Source: Candidatus Poribacteria bacterium (lineage in GTDB: Bacteria > Poribacteria > WGA-4E > WGA-3G). From it: a stretch of 64,000 bases of DNA. Of this stretch, positions 47,880 to 56,652 are shown one piece after another. The first letter of the stretch is position 1. Every line of letters starts with the position of its first letter. Made by a program: the position numbers and the translations under genes. The notes beneath the pieces were generated by a model. The model was given only the letters and a program-made list of their open reading frames with translations. It was not told the origin of the DNA and did no database searches. Location: contig CBDHDL010000021.1 of assembly GCA_965261435.1 (NCBI GenBank), positions 47,132 to 111,131 of the forward strand, given 5' to 3'.

Positions 47880-49769
47880 CTACAAAGTACCATCTCTTTC
47901 AGATTTTGCTTTGCTCTCAACTTCATCTATAATTTCTAACATCTTCTCTGGTTTAACAAACTTCTCAATACGTTCATAGATTTTACCTTGTGCATCCATA
48001 AATATAACGACTGGCAATCCGCGTATACTATACTTATCAGTTAGTGTTTTGTCAGAATTAGCACTGAAATCAAGCTTGACAGTAATATATTCTTCTAACC
48101 TATCTACTACCCTTTGATCAGAAAAAGTATGGTTATCCAATTCATTGCATGCCCCACACCAAGTTGCATAAAAATCAAGCATGACCAATTTGTTTTCCTG
48201 CATCGCGGTTTCTAATGCTATTGGTTCATCTTTAACCCAGTTAGGATGAGTTCCCCCTGAATGTTGTTGTAGTCCACCGACAATCATGAATGCTCCGACA
48301 ATAGCCAGAATTAGACCACATGCTTTACGCAGTTGCATTTTTGTTGAAATCCCTTTAAAACGTTCTGTCAACTTACCCAACCAGAGACCGATTACGATTA
48401 GAACACCCGCGATGGCAAAAAATGGGAGCGAATTTTGTAGAAACCCTGTAATAGGTTCAAAGGCTTTGAGATCTTTTAGGAAATAGAGTGCCATCGTAAT
48501 GATTGCGATCCCAAAGATGTTTTCTAATATATACATCCATCCACCTGAACGCGGTAGAGCAGAGAGTAAACCTGAGAACGTTCCTATGCATATAAATAAT
48601 ATTCCCATACCAAGAGCATAGGTAAACATCAGCCAAAAACCGAGAAAAAGGCTCTGTGTTGTAGCAATATATGCCAACACAGCTGCTAAAGCAGGTCCGG
48701 TACAAGGTGCAGCGATCACACCTGCGACAGTTCCCATCCCGAATGCTCCCACAAATCCAGTACCACCTACAGTATTTAGTTTGTTTTGAACCGAAGAGGG
48801 AAGTTGAATCTCAAAAACACCGAACATAGATAACCCCAACGTTACAAGAACTAAACTGATAAAACCGATAACGAAAGGATTTGCCATTACTCCACCAAAT
48901 AAAGCCCCCGTTGAAGCAACAACAACACCTAAGATAGAATAGATTAGGACGATACCAAACACATAAACAAGTGATAATAGGAAAGATTTGAGAATGCCAG
49001 TAGATTCATTTGCTCCAAAGATTGAAACTGTGATCGGTATTAACGGATAAACACAAGGTGTCAAACTGGTTACAACCCCTCCAACAAAGACCAGTAGAAA
49101 TGCTAACCATAAATTCCCACCTGAAAGCGCACCAGCAACACCACCTTCTATGTCTTCGTTATTTTTTGAAACATCTGATTCTTCTGAGAAGGTAATATCG
49201 GAAAAAATATCTTCATTAATCCTCTGTATAATTTCTTCATGGCTAACGACATCAATCGGTATCAATATATCTATTGTTTGTGGTAAAAGACACTGTTCAT
49301 CACTACATGCCTGATAATCTAATTTGAAATCCAAATTAATTGGCTCAATAGGTGCATTTTGATCTAAAGTAGCTTCAATACCTATTGAGACTGTGTCATG
49401 GTAAACAGATGCTTGACCAACAATTGATGCAATCTCAAGCATATCACCTTTTGGATAAACGATTTTACCAAAAGTAATATTTGGTAGTTGCGGTGGTGTT
49501 ATCACAGTTGGCGATAGTCCTTCACCAGGCGGATTCGCATTTATATGCCATCCCTTTGCCATTTCAATGACAATTGCAATCTGGAATTGACTACCGGGTT
49601 GAACTTTGTCAAGGTTAATATACCCCTTTGCACTTACCTTTTCTTCATTGGAATTTTCAGTTAAATCAAACTCATCAAATTGTGCAAGTGATGATAATGG
49701 TATGACTATCAAACCAATTGTAAACAGCAGTATTTGTATGTATTTCTGTCCTTTTGTGTTATTTAGCAT
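47880..49769 (-). CDS. dsbD: thiol:disulfide interchange protein DsbD-like
   Basis: N-terminal periplasmic domain with YQACSDEQCLLP, a membrane core with LTPCVYPLIP and APCTGP, and a C-terminal thioredoxin WCGACN. Confidence 0.85.
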   Translation of the reverse strand: MLNNTKGQKYIQILLFTIGLIVIPLSSLAQFDEFDLTENSNEEKVSAKGYINLDKVQPGSQFQIAIVIEMAKGWHINANPPGEGLSPTVITPPQLPNITFGKIVYPKGDMLEIASIVGQASVYHDTVSIGIEATLDQNAPIEPINLDFKLDYQACSDEQCLLPQTIDILIPIDVVSHEEIIQRINEDIFSDITFSEESDVSKNNEDIEGGVAGALSGGNLWLAFLLVFVGGVVTSLTPCVYPLIPITVSIFGANESTGILKSFLLSLVYVFGIVLIYSILGVVVASTGALFGGVMANPFVIGFISLVLVTLGLSMFGVFEIQLPSSVQNKLNTVGGTGFVGAFGMGTVAGVIAAPCTGPALAAVLAYIATTQSLFLGFWLMFTYALGMGILFICIGTFSGLLSALPRSGGWMYILENIFGIAIITMALYFLKDLKAFEPITGFLQNSLPFFAIAGVLIVIGLWLGKLTERFKGISTKMQLRKACGLILAIVGAFMIVGGLQQHSGGTHPNWVKDEPIALETAMQENKLVMLDFYATWCGACNELDNHTFSDQRVVDRLEEYITVKLDFSANSDKTLTDKYSIRGLPVVIFMDAQGKIYERIEKFVKPEKMLEIIDEVESKAKSERDGTL

Positions 49770-50205
49770 TTTGGAACTCCATCCGAGAGATTTATATTCT
49801 TGGTATTATACCATATATCATTGAAAGCCTTTACACTTATAATCATGATGTTGAAAAATACGTTTTTGATGTTTGTTTTCTGAATATCTTGTGTCGTTTC
49901 CTCTTTTCTCTTCTTATTTTACCATATCTTTAGGCTTTTCTCAATATGAATTCTTTATGGGGCAGGGTTATTCAGTTTTTGGGTTTTTGTGTGATGTTTT
50001 TCACTTTCATTATTTCCCCAATTATTTTCGAAAATTACAAAAAAACACAGAATTCCACATTTTTTCTTTTTTCTAATTTCACTTGACATACATAACGTAA
50101 TGTCGTATAACATAATGACATATCATTTTAAAACAATAATTATGTTTTAAGTATATATTCATTATTGACTAAACTGACTAAACAATGATGTTTATGTGTT
50201 ATATT

Positions 50206-50344
50206 ATACCATTTCTATAAATTATTGTCTCATTAGAAATTTATTATAGTAGTTATTCTTCAGGACACAAACTGAAAGTTTGTGGCAGAATACGCGTTTG
50301 GTATTCTGCATTAAAAAAGAGACATTTTCAATTAGAAATGGTAT
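50206..50344. mobile_element. MITE-like element, family A, copy 2 (139 bp)
   Basis: Same terminal repeats as copy 1. It carries both hairpin modules (CACAAACTGAAAGTTTGTG and GCAGAATACGCGTTTGGTATTCTGC). Confidence 0.65.
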
Positions 50345-50366
50345 TATTATTATTATTATTATTATT
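50343..50366. repeat. (ATT)8 microsatellite at the right end of MITE copy 2
   Basis: Eight tandem ATT units. The same position in copy 1 has only two. Confidence 0.8.
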
Positions 50367-50539
50367 AAGGTTTGTTTGGACGTTGCGGACTGAAACGTTG
50401 AAAGGAGAGGGGTTAGTTGCTCAGGTGTGTTTTGGGTATATGTTTTGATTCTGTTTTCTTGTGCCCTCTACTTTTAGTAGATTCCATAAAAGAGCGTATT
50501 CTCCCCTCCGTATAGCTTAACTCGAAAGGAGTATTTCTG

Positions 50540-51928
50540 ATGAAAAAGCACCTGATCGTGTTTGTATTAGCAGTGGCTCTGGTTGTGGGTATTACCTACT
50601 TAATTTTTGTTTTTCAAAAACGGAGTGAGTTTGCGCGTCTTGCGCGTCTGACTCATATTCCACATTCTGAACAGCATCAACATGTTTCTCCGGAAGGCAA
50701 AGTTGTTTCGCATACCCATACATACAACTCTCAGGAGTTGCTTCCATCTCCTGAAGTATCAGAGAGAGAGAACGATATAGGTATTGATACCGATACGAAA
50801 GACTATATGAAGACGAATGATATTCAACGTATTTGGGCAGCTCTGGATATGGATGCGATAAGAGCAGAGTTCCAACCTTACACACTTGAAGAGATCCACG
50901 AGATGTGGAGCAATTGGCACTCCGTACCTCCGTTCACAGGACGCACCGTTGGCACCGAAAGAAGTCCCTTGACTGCCACTGAAAAAACGGATATATTTCG
51001 TCCTCGTGAGGACTGGATTGCCCGTCTTTATGAATACGGATATCCGTTTTTACATGATGACCATTATGGGGGTGCCCTCAGCACGCGCGCTTCTCTAAGA
51101 CGTATTTACGAACAGAGTCCAGAAATTGAAGACTATCCTCATGGGAGTGTGGGTCTTCCTGCGGAGGCGACATGGGAGGAGGTTGAAGAGACCTTTTTGA
51201 AGCATCAAGTGATCGCTGAGCTTGCTTTTCCTGATGACTTTTTGGGTGGTGTGTATTCTATAAACGACTTGGGTAAAGGTATTCTTACGCCTTTTGGTGA
51301 GAATATGATGTTTGTGCATGTTTCTGATGATAAACCGTTTTCACAGTTTACGGGTGCGAAACTCAGTGCTGCGGAAGAAGCTGCGTTAACGATGTTCGGT
51401 GTTGCGCCAGAAGGTATGCAAGTTATCTACACGGATAAAAATGGAATTCCGTTGCCTGCTGATCAAAAACCCCGTTATTACAAGCGTGCGATGAAAGGCT
51501 TGGACGCTGCAGAAGCCAGCGTTGCGAAGTTGATAGCGGACCACGATGCGCTTTTTCAGGAAGGGAATGGTGTAGCAGTCCCGGAACCCGAGGGTGACGA
51601 TGTGGTGCAAACTGAACCGCCTCCAAACTCCCATCCGCATCCAGAAGAGTCTCCCGGGCAGACAACTCAGAGACCGGATATTCCATCTTTCCCACCGCAC
51701 GTTTTGAAAAACAGGCTACCCCCCGACATACCGGGAGATCCGCGGGATCCGGCTCAAATGCAAAAGTGGTTTTCGGAACTCTTGCTTTTACACAATGGGG
51801 ATTTACCGAAGGATGTCAAAGCGTTGCAAGAAGCGATCAAAGTGCTCAGTGAGCTCCGTGCCCGTGACGGTTCTGAACTGCCAAAACCACCAGAGCGTTC
51901 TGTTCCACAACCGCCATCAAAGAAATGA
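50540..51928 (+). CDS. hypothetical membrane-anchored protein with a Pro-rich C-terminal region
   Basis: 462-aa ORF, GGAG upstream, an N-terminal TM helix, and noticeably higher GC than its surroundings. No family recognised. Confidence 0.6.
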   Translation: MKKHLIVFVLAVALVVGITYLIFVFQKRSEFARLARLTHIPHSEQHQHVSPEGKVVSHTHTYNSQELLPSPEVSERENDIGIDTDTKDYMKTNDIQRIWAALDMDAIRAEFQPYTLEEIHEMWSNWHSVPPFTGRTVGTERSPLTATEKTDIFRPREDWIARLYEYGYPFLHDDHYGGALSTRASLRRIYEQSPEIEDYPHGSVGLPAEATWEEVEETFLKHQVIAELAFPDDFLGGVYSINDLGKGILTPFGENMMFVHVSDDKPFSQFTGAKLSAAEEAALTMFGVAPEGMQVIYTDKNGIPLPADQKPRYYKRAMKGLDAAEASVAKLIADHDALFQEGNGVAVPEPEGDDVVQTEPPPNSHPHPEESPGQTTQRPDIPSFPPHVLKNRLPPDIPGDPRDPAQMQKWFSELLLLHNGDLPKDVKALQEAIKVLSELRARDGSELPKPPERSVPQPPSKK

Positions 51929-52103
51929 AGCGTGTTCTGCTATCATTGCTATCATTGCTGTTGTAGGGGTGTTCGGTGGGTTTCTTTATAGCATATTCAT
52001 TACATTAAAGGAAGCATAAGGATGGATTTACAGAATACATTAGAAAAGCATGTAATGCAATTAAAAAAACAAACCTTGCACTCTACGAAATGAAGTTTAA
52101 GAG

Positions 52104-52266
52104 AATATTTAGGTAATTTGGCGCGGTTAGGAAGAAATCAACGGTATGAATCATGGCGAATGCCATAGTCGCATTCGTCTTTAGACATTCCCTGCCTCGC
52201 CAGCAGCGTATTGAACCTGCATCATTCCAACAGAAATTACCGCATTAATTATTTAATCTTCATACG
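52104..52266. repeat. short repeat family B, copy 2
   Basis: Shares both ends with 35451..35555 and has a longer internal segment. Confidence 0.4.
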
Positions 52267-52374
52267 GGACTAAAGAAGGGTGGGTAGATGCTTTCATCAA
52301 ATCTGCTGTCACTTCAAAAGAGGGTTAAAAAGATATAGAGCAAGGCATTTTACACAATACAACAGAAAAAGAAA

Positions 52375-53175
52375 TCAGACCTTCCAAATACCTAACAGTG
52401 CGAGGAGTGATAGATTAGGGAATAGTAGCGGTGCAAATAACGGTGCGCCATACAAAAACTTATCTGTGCCTTGAATTGCTGGTACCTGCAGATCCGCTGC
52501 AAGATGTAAGAAGAAACCAACAACTCCTATGATAATGTTCAGACACAATACCAGAACACAGAACGGAATGAAACGTTGCTTGTGTTGGATGCATAACAGT
52601 GTCCCTAAACTGCTGCTGGCAAGTGCACTTGTAATCACGGGTAGCCATTCTGTGCTATTGAAAAATCCGTTCTGTGCGTGGTCTAATACAGAAAGGATAA
52701 AGTTGCCACACCATCCACATAGGGAGAGAAATAGAACCCATTTTGCCCATTCTGGTTCGGTATCTGATATCATATTGTTCAGTAATAAAAGTAATCCGAT
52801 ACCTGTATAAGCCAATGGTGCAACAAAGGGTGCTGCGTATACAAGATTTTTGAGAGATGCGTCTGTGAAAAAGGTGTCATTGAGATGAAAAAGCATCCCT
52901 GCTATGCCGATACAGATTGCACTCCATCCAAAAAAGGTTCGGCACGACTGTAGCCACTGCGTCTTACCAGTGAGGTGGACGCTTATGAACACGCCAAAAG
53001 CAATGAGTGAAAAATAGATTGGTATCCATTCAATGGTGTGCGTAAATCCGCCGACAGCATGTGCGATATATACATCTAATGCTAAAAAAGCGAGGTTGAC
53101 GCTGATAAAATAGTCAAGTAGTCGTGTTGCGGCACCGTCACTGTTTCGCAGCTTTGCTCCGAAGTTCTTTCGCAA
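52375..53175 (-). CDS. polytopic membrane protein (about 8 TM) downstream of the octaheme cytochrome
   Basis: 266-aa hydrophobic ORF overlapping the cytochrome 3' end by 38 nt. No family recognised. Confidence 0.6.
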   Translation of the reverse strand: MRKNFGAKLRNSDGAATRLLDYFISVNLAFLALDVYIAHAVGGFTHTIEWIPIYFSLIAFGVFISVHLTGKTQWLQSCRTFFGWSAICIGIAGMLFHLNDTFFTDASLKNLVYAAPFVAPLAYTGIGLLLLLNNMISDTEPEWAKWVLFLSLCGWCGNFILSVLDHAQNGFFNSTEWLPVITSALASSSLGTLLCIQHKQRFIPFCVLVLCLNIIIGVVGFFLHLAADLQVPAIQGTDKFLYGAPLFAPLLFPNLSLLALLGIWKV

Positions 53176-54375
53176 TTTTTTCTATCTCCGCTGTCTTATG
53201 TAACAGTTCATAGTTGCCGTGCCACTGAACGAAATCTGCCCCTCCCATAAAAGCACCGTGTTTGGCTGTTCGTCCATAATAATGCCACAAGTCAAAGAAC
53301 AGGAAGTCAATTGGTTCATCAAATGGTTTCTCTGTCAACAATCCTTCTTCTTGGAGCGATTGCATTAATATTTGTGCTTCGGATATGATTTTGTTTGTGT
53401 CTGTGACAACATCTTCTGCTTCCGTGTAGAATGTATCTACTTGTGATCGTGCGTGGCATTTCAAACACACGTCTTTCATTGCATCTTGTGCTTGCTGATA
53501 GGTGGGTCGTTTTTCTGATACAGCTGCGAATAGCCAATATGAAAGGCGTTCTGTCGTATCGTGTGTCACGTTCAATCCATCCAAACCACTCAGATGACAG
53601 GTTACGCAGGTTGGGATAGGCATATCTTTTGTCGTGAGACGCTTCGGATCGGCATTCAGGTTCATGTGAGCTTTTTGTGCGTTGTAGAGAACACCATGTT
53701 TGGATTCATTATATATCTCTATTTGTGAATGATCTGGCCCCATGTGGCACTGTCCGCAGGTTTGGGGTTGCCGTGCTAAAGATACAGAAGTATTATGCCG
53801 GGAGTGGCAATCGGTGCATGTTCCGATGGAACCGTCTTTGTTGGGTTTACCTATATCATGACAGCCTAAACATCCGACAAGCGTTGCACTCTCGCCTTCC
53901 GCAATGGCTAATGGATTCGCGGGACGCTCAACTGCTCCTTTGTGATATTTCTCTGAAAATGCTATCTGTTGTGCGGTAAAGTCTTTCGCACCTGCTACAG
54001 CTTTGCCCACGCTGGTGCTGCGTGGCGACTTCTCAAAAATTGTTGATATTCTGTTGTGTGACACTGACTACAGTTCTTTGCAGTTAGGTGCTTAGCAATT
54101 GTAAATCCATTATGCGGCTTGGTCTCTTGATTGTCAACAGATTGATGGCAATCCAAACAGCTCACACCTTTTTTTGCATGCTTGCTGCTCTCAAATTGAT
54201 GTACCACTGCAGCAGTTTCTCGCCGATGACAGGTCGCACATTTACCCGTTGCTCGCACAAAATCGGAACTCGGTTGATCTGTCTCAACTTGCGGCCGGTT
54301 CGTATGGACAATTATCACAACGATAACGAGCATTGTTGCGATAATAACGGAAATAAATATGAACTTGAACGACAT
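53138..54375 (-). pseudogene. hydroxylamine-oxidoreductase (HAO)-family octaheme cytochrome c with N-terminal TM anchor, split by a 1-nt frameshift near 53998..54020
   Basis: Eight CxxCH sites in total. Three are in the 126-aa ORF: CATCH, CLDCH, CSQCH. Five are in the 308-aa ORF: CLGCH, CTDCH, CGQCH, CVTCH, CLKCH. HAO-like blocks CH.RH...S.ARQPQTCGQCHMGPDHSQIEIYNESKHG are present. The two ORFs overlap in different frames, and the second has only a GTG start. Confidence 0.75.
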
Positions 54376-54417
54376 GTTGACTCCAGTCCTGTATGTGTAA
54401 ATGCATTTAGCAAGTGT

Positions 54418-54567
54418 TCATTGTTTCTCTTGTAATTTTTTTATTTCATTTATTAGTGTTTCTACCTGTTTTTCGAGTGTTTTGAGTTTCTCTCTATTTT
54501 TATTGTAATCTACAATGATGTATGCAATAATAAATAGGCCTGCTGCAAAGCCGAGTATACCGTCCAT
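54418..54567 (-). CDS. 49-aa TM plus coiled-coil mini-protein (not in the ORF track)
   Basis: MDGILGFAAGLFIIAYIIVDYNKNREKLKTLEKQVETLINEIKKLQEKQ. Its ATG overlaps the upstream stop (TAATG). Confidence 0.5.
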   Translation of the reverse strand: MDGILGFAAGLFIIAYIIVDYNKNREKLKTLEKQVETLINEIKKLQEKQ

Positions 54568-54791
54568 TATTCTTTCCTTTTGAGTTTATCTATCTCTTTC
54601 TTTAGGTATTCTATTTCATTTGTGAGTCTTTTGAATCTTCTACTTATAGCGAATGTGATGCAGCCAGCTATGAAGATAAGGAGTCCGATCACTTCAAATA
54701 AGTACAATACTAAGATTGTAGCAATTATGCCGGTAGCAAAACCGATGATTTTCAGGAGTATATGTCGTATTTTCTCTGCCATCATCATCAT
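54567..54791 (-). CDS. 74-aa two-TM plus coiled-coil mini-protein
   Basis: Hydrophobic core followed by RRFKRLTNEIEYLKKEIDKLKRKE. Same design as the 49-aa ORF that follows. Confidence 0.5.
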   Translation of the reverse strand: MMMMAEKIRHILLKIIGFATGIIATILVLYLFEVIGLLIFIAGCITFAISRRFKRLTNEIEYLKKEIDKLKRKE

Positions 54792-54892
54792 GGATCTATC
54801 TCCAGTATACTCTCACTTCTGGTGTGTGGACTTGTCAAAATCAATTATAACATGAAAATGAATAAACTCAAAGGAAAATAAACCGCTTACAA

Positions 54893-54995
54893 ATGGAAGA
54901 ATGGGAGATGGAAGAGGGGAAGGATGGAAGGATGGAAGGATGGAAGGATGGAAGGATGGAAGGATGGAAGGATGGAAGAGGGGAAGAATGGAATG
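54893..54995. repeat. purine-rich 8-bp-periodic tandem repeat (GGATGGAA x7 core at 54921..54976)
   Basis: Seven exact tandem GGATGGAA units flanked by degenerate GGAAG(A/G) units, about 100 bp upstream of the minus-strand mini-protein/cytochrome operon. Confidence 0.85.
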
Positions 54996-55228
54996 AAGAT
55001 TATTTTATTAATTCGGTAAATATGCGGGTGGGGAAACCCCGCCTCTACGATCCTTTTTTGTCAACTGGATTACCGCTATATTTGTTTAAAGTTCATAAAG
55101 TTTGCGCTATAGAAGTATCCCATGAATTATAGGTTTTACTATATATCATATACGGGGAAAACAGAAAAGCATTCAATGCCAGCGTCCGGGTTGAACGTTG
55201 GTATTGAATGCTTAACTTTATTTAGAGA

Positions 55229-55801
55229 TTATTCTGAGGAGATTATGACACCGCAACTAACTTGGGTGCCAGCTGCTAAATCACCTGCATCTACCTGTTC
55301 GTGGATAACTAATAATTTACTGTTTATATCGGTTATATCAATGTCAACGGTATAACTACCGCTTGCAGTACCATCATCATCTGCTGTAAAAGAATAGGCG
55401 GTGTACCCCTCATCCTCCCAGATACTACCCGGTATGTCGCAACTGCTTCCAGAATAGATGTATGCTGCGTACTTACGACCAGCAACAGCACCCTGAATCT
55501 GAACATCAAAGTTTCGAATTGATGCTAATCCTACATTTTCTGTATCTGCTCCTACATATTCCTTAAAAGTTGCTGTCCCTGATATTCCACTTTCATTCTT
55601 TTCACTGAGCGTTACCGTAATTGTCCTATTTAGCTTGAGTATAGGTTCGGTAAATATGTCAAGAACTTTTGTTGTTGAAATATTGTCGCAGCCTGTGATG
55701 AAACATGCTGCAAAGATAAAAATAGTTAACAAACATAACGTCTTATGTTTAATCGTAGACACTCTTTGTGCGCCAATAAAGGACGCTAAATTATTATACA
55801 T
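55229..55801 (-). CDS. lipoprotein with a Cu/Zn-superoxide-dismutase-like fold signature but lacking the metal-binding histidines
   Basis: Lipobox FITGC, AAYIYSGSSC (compare the HIHE.GSC block of SodC), and C-terminal LLVIHEQVDAGDLAAGTQVSCGVI (compare vvH...D....G.R.ACGVI). Confidence 0.5.
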   Translation of the reverse strand: MYNNLASFIGAQRVSTIKHKTLCLLTIFIFAACFITGCDNISTTKVLDIFTEPILKLNRTITVTLSEKNESGISGTATFKEYVGADTENVGLASIRNFDVQIQGAVAGRKYAAYIYSGSSCDIPGSIWEDEGYTAYSFTADDDGTASGSYTVDIDITDINSKLLVIHEQVDAGDLAAGTQVSCGVIISSE

Positions 55802-56237
55802 TTTGGATCTTCCTTTCTTACGCCGAAATTTGGCGGGTTTAGGTTAGTTTATTCTCCATTTTGGAGACTTATTGTAATCAATGAAAGAGATATGCCTTTG
55901 CATCTGGCTCTCCAAATAAAAAATATCTGGTAAACTTCGGTGCCCTATGAGTTTATGAACCGAAAGCATTGACATATCTCAAATCCCCGTAAATAACGAG
56001 GACGCTCTTTAAGTTAGACTTTAGTTGAACTAAAATCCTCTGTTAACTCTGTCAAAGTTACGATTGACTTCTATTACAGGACTTGAAACGTTTTTTGTTT
56101 GCTTCGTTTGGTGGGATCTTTCTCTACACGCGTCCACCTGTCGCGAGTCCTTTAAGCCTTTACTAATTTAAAAACATGGAATCCTATAAGTCTGTTTTAT
56201 GTAATTGTCAGTGATAGTGGATAGTCCATGTGAAATC

Positions 56238-56631
56238 GTAGGTCGGGTAGAGGAACGAAACCCGACCTGAAACAATATTTCAGGCGATTGTCGGGTTTCG
56301 CTTCGCTTTACCTATAGGTGTAAACTTAAGGAATTTTCTATGTCAGAAACCCTCTCCAGTCCCGTAGGGACGATATGTTTATAGAAGAATGTGTACCCCA
56401 CCCCTCTTCAGTCCCGTAGGGACGATATGTTTATAATGACATCAACAATAAATATGCCGTTCCTACGGAACTCAAGAGGGGTGGTGACAGCGTTTTCTAT
56501 AAACATAGCGTCCCTACGGGACTGAAGAGAAGACAATCCCAATAAACATAGGGATTCAGAGTGATTCATAAGAGCTTCTAAGTTCTCTTAAGTTTACACT
56601 TATAGGTTTCGCTTCGCTCTACCCGACCTAC
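56238..56631. repeat. 394-bp nested palindromic element (composite MITE-like or structured RNA)
   Basis: Outer inverted repeat GTAGGTCGGGTAGAG / CTCTACCCGACCTAC. Inner inverted TATAGGTGTAAACTTAAG / CTTAAGTTTACACTTATAGG. Two direct and one inverted copy of CAGTCCCGTAGGGACGATATGTTTATA. Many 5-bp-stem hairpins (GTCCC-GTA-GGGAC, GTTCC-TAC-GGAAC). Confidence 0.8.
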
Positions 56632-56652
56632 AAGTTAAGTATTGACAGAACA

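Noticed and set aside
50083-50111. Consensus-like promoter TTGACA-17-TATAAC
   Set aside because: It lies about 430 bp upstream of the next plus-strand gene, with a MITE and a microsatellite in between. AT-rich spacers generate such matches by chance, so it is not reported as a feature.
54921-54976. Possible CRISPR or minisatellite-encoded peptide in the GGATGGAA array
   Set aside because: The 8-bp unit has no spacers, so this is a plain tandem repeat.
54893-55132. 79-aa ORF (MEEWEMEEGKDGRMEGWKDGRMEGWKDG...) and the 59756..59956 / 59793..60005 ORFs
   Set aside because: They are simply translations of the 8-bp-periodic purine repeats in whichever frame lacks stops. There is no RBS and no non-repeat domain.
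56238-56631. Possible CRISPR array because a 27-bp unit recurs
   Set aside because: There are only three copies, one of them inverted, with unequal spacing, all embedded in a larger palindrome. No cas genes are in the window.
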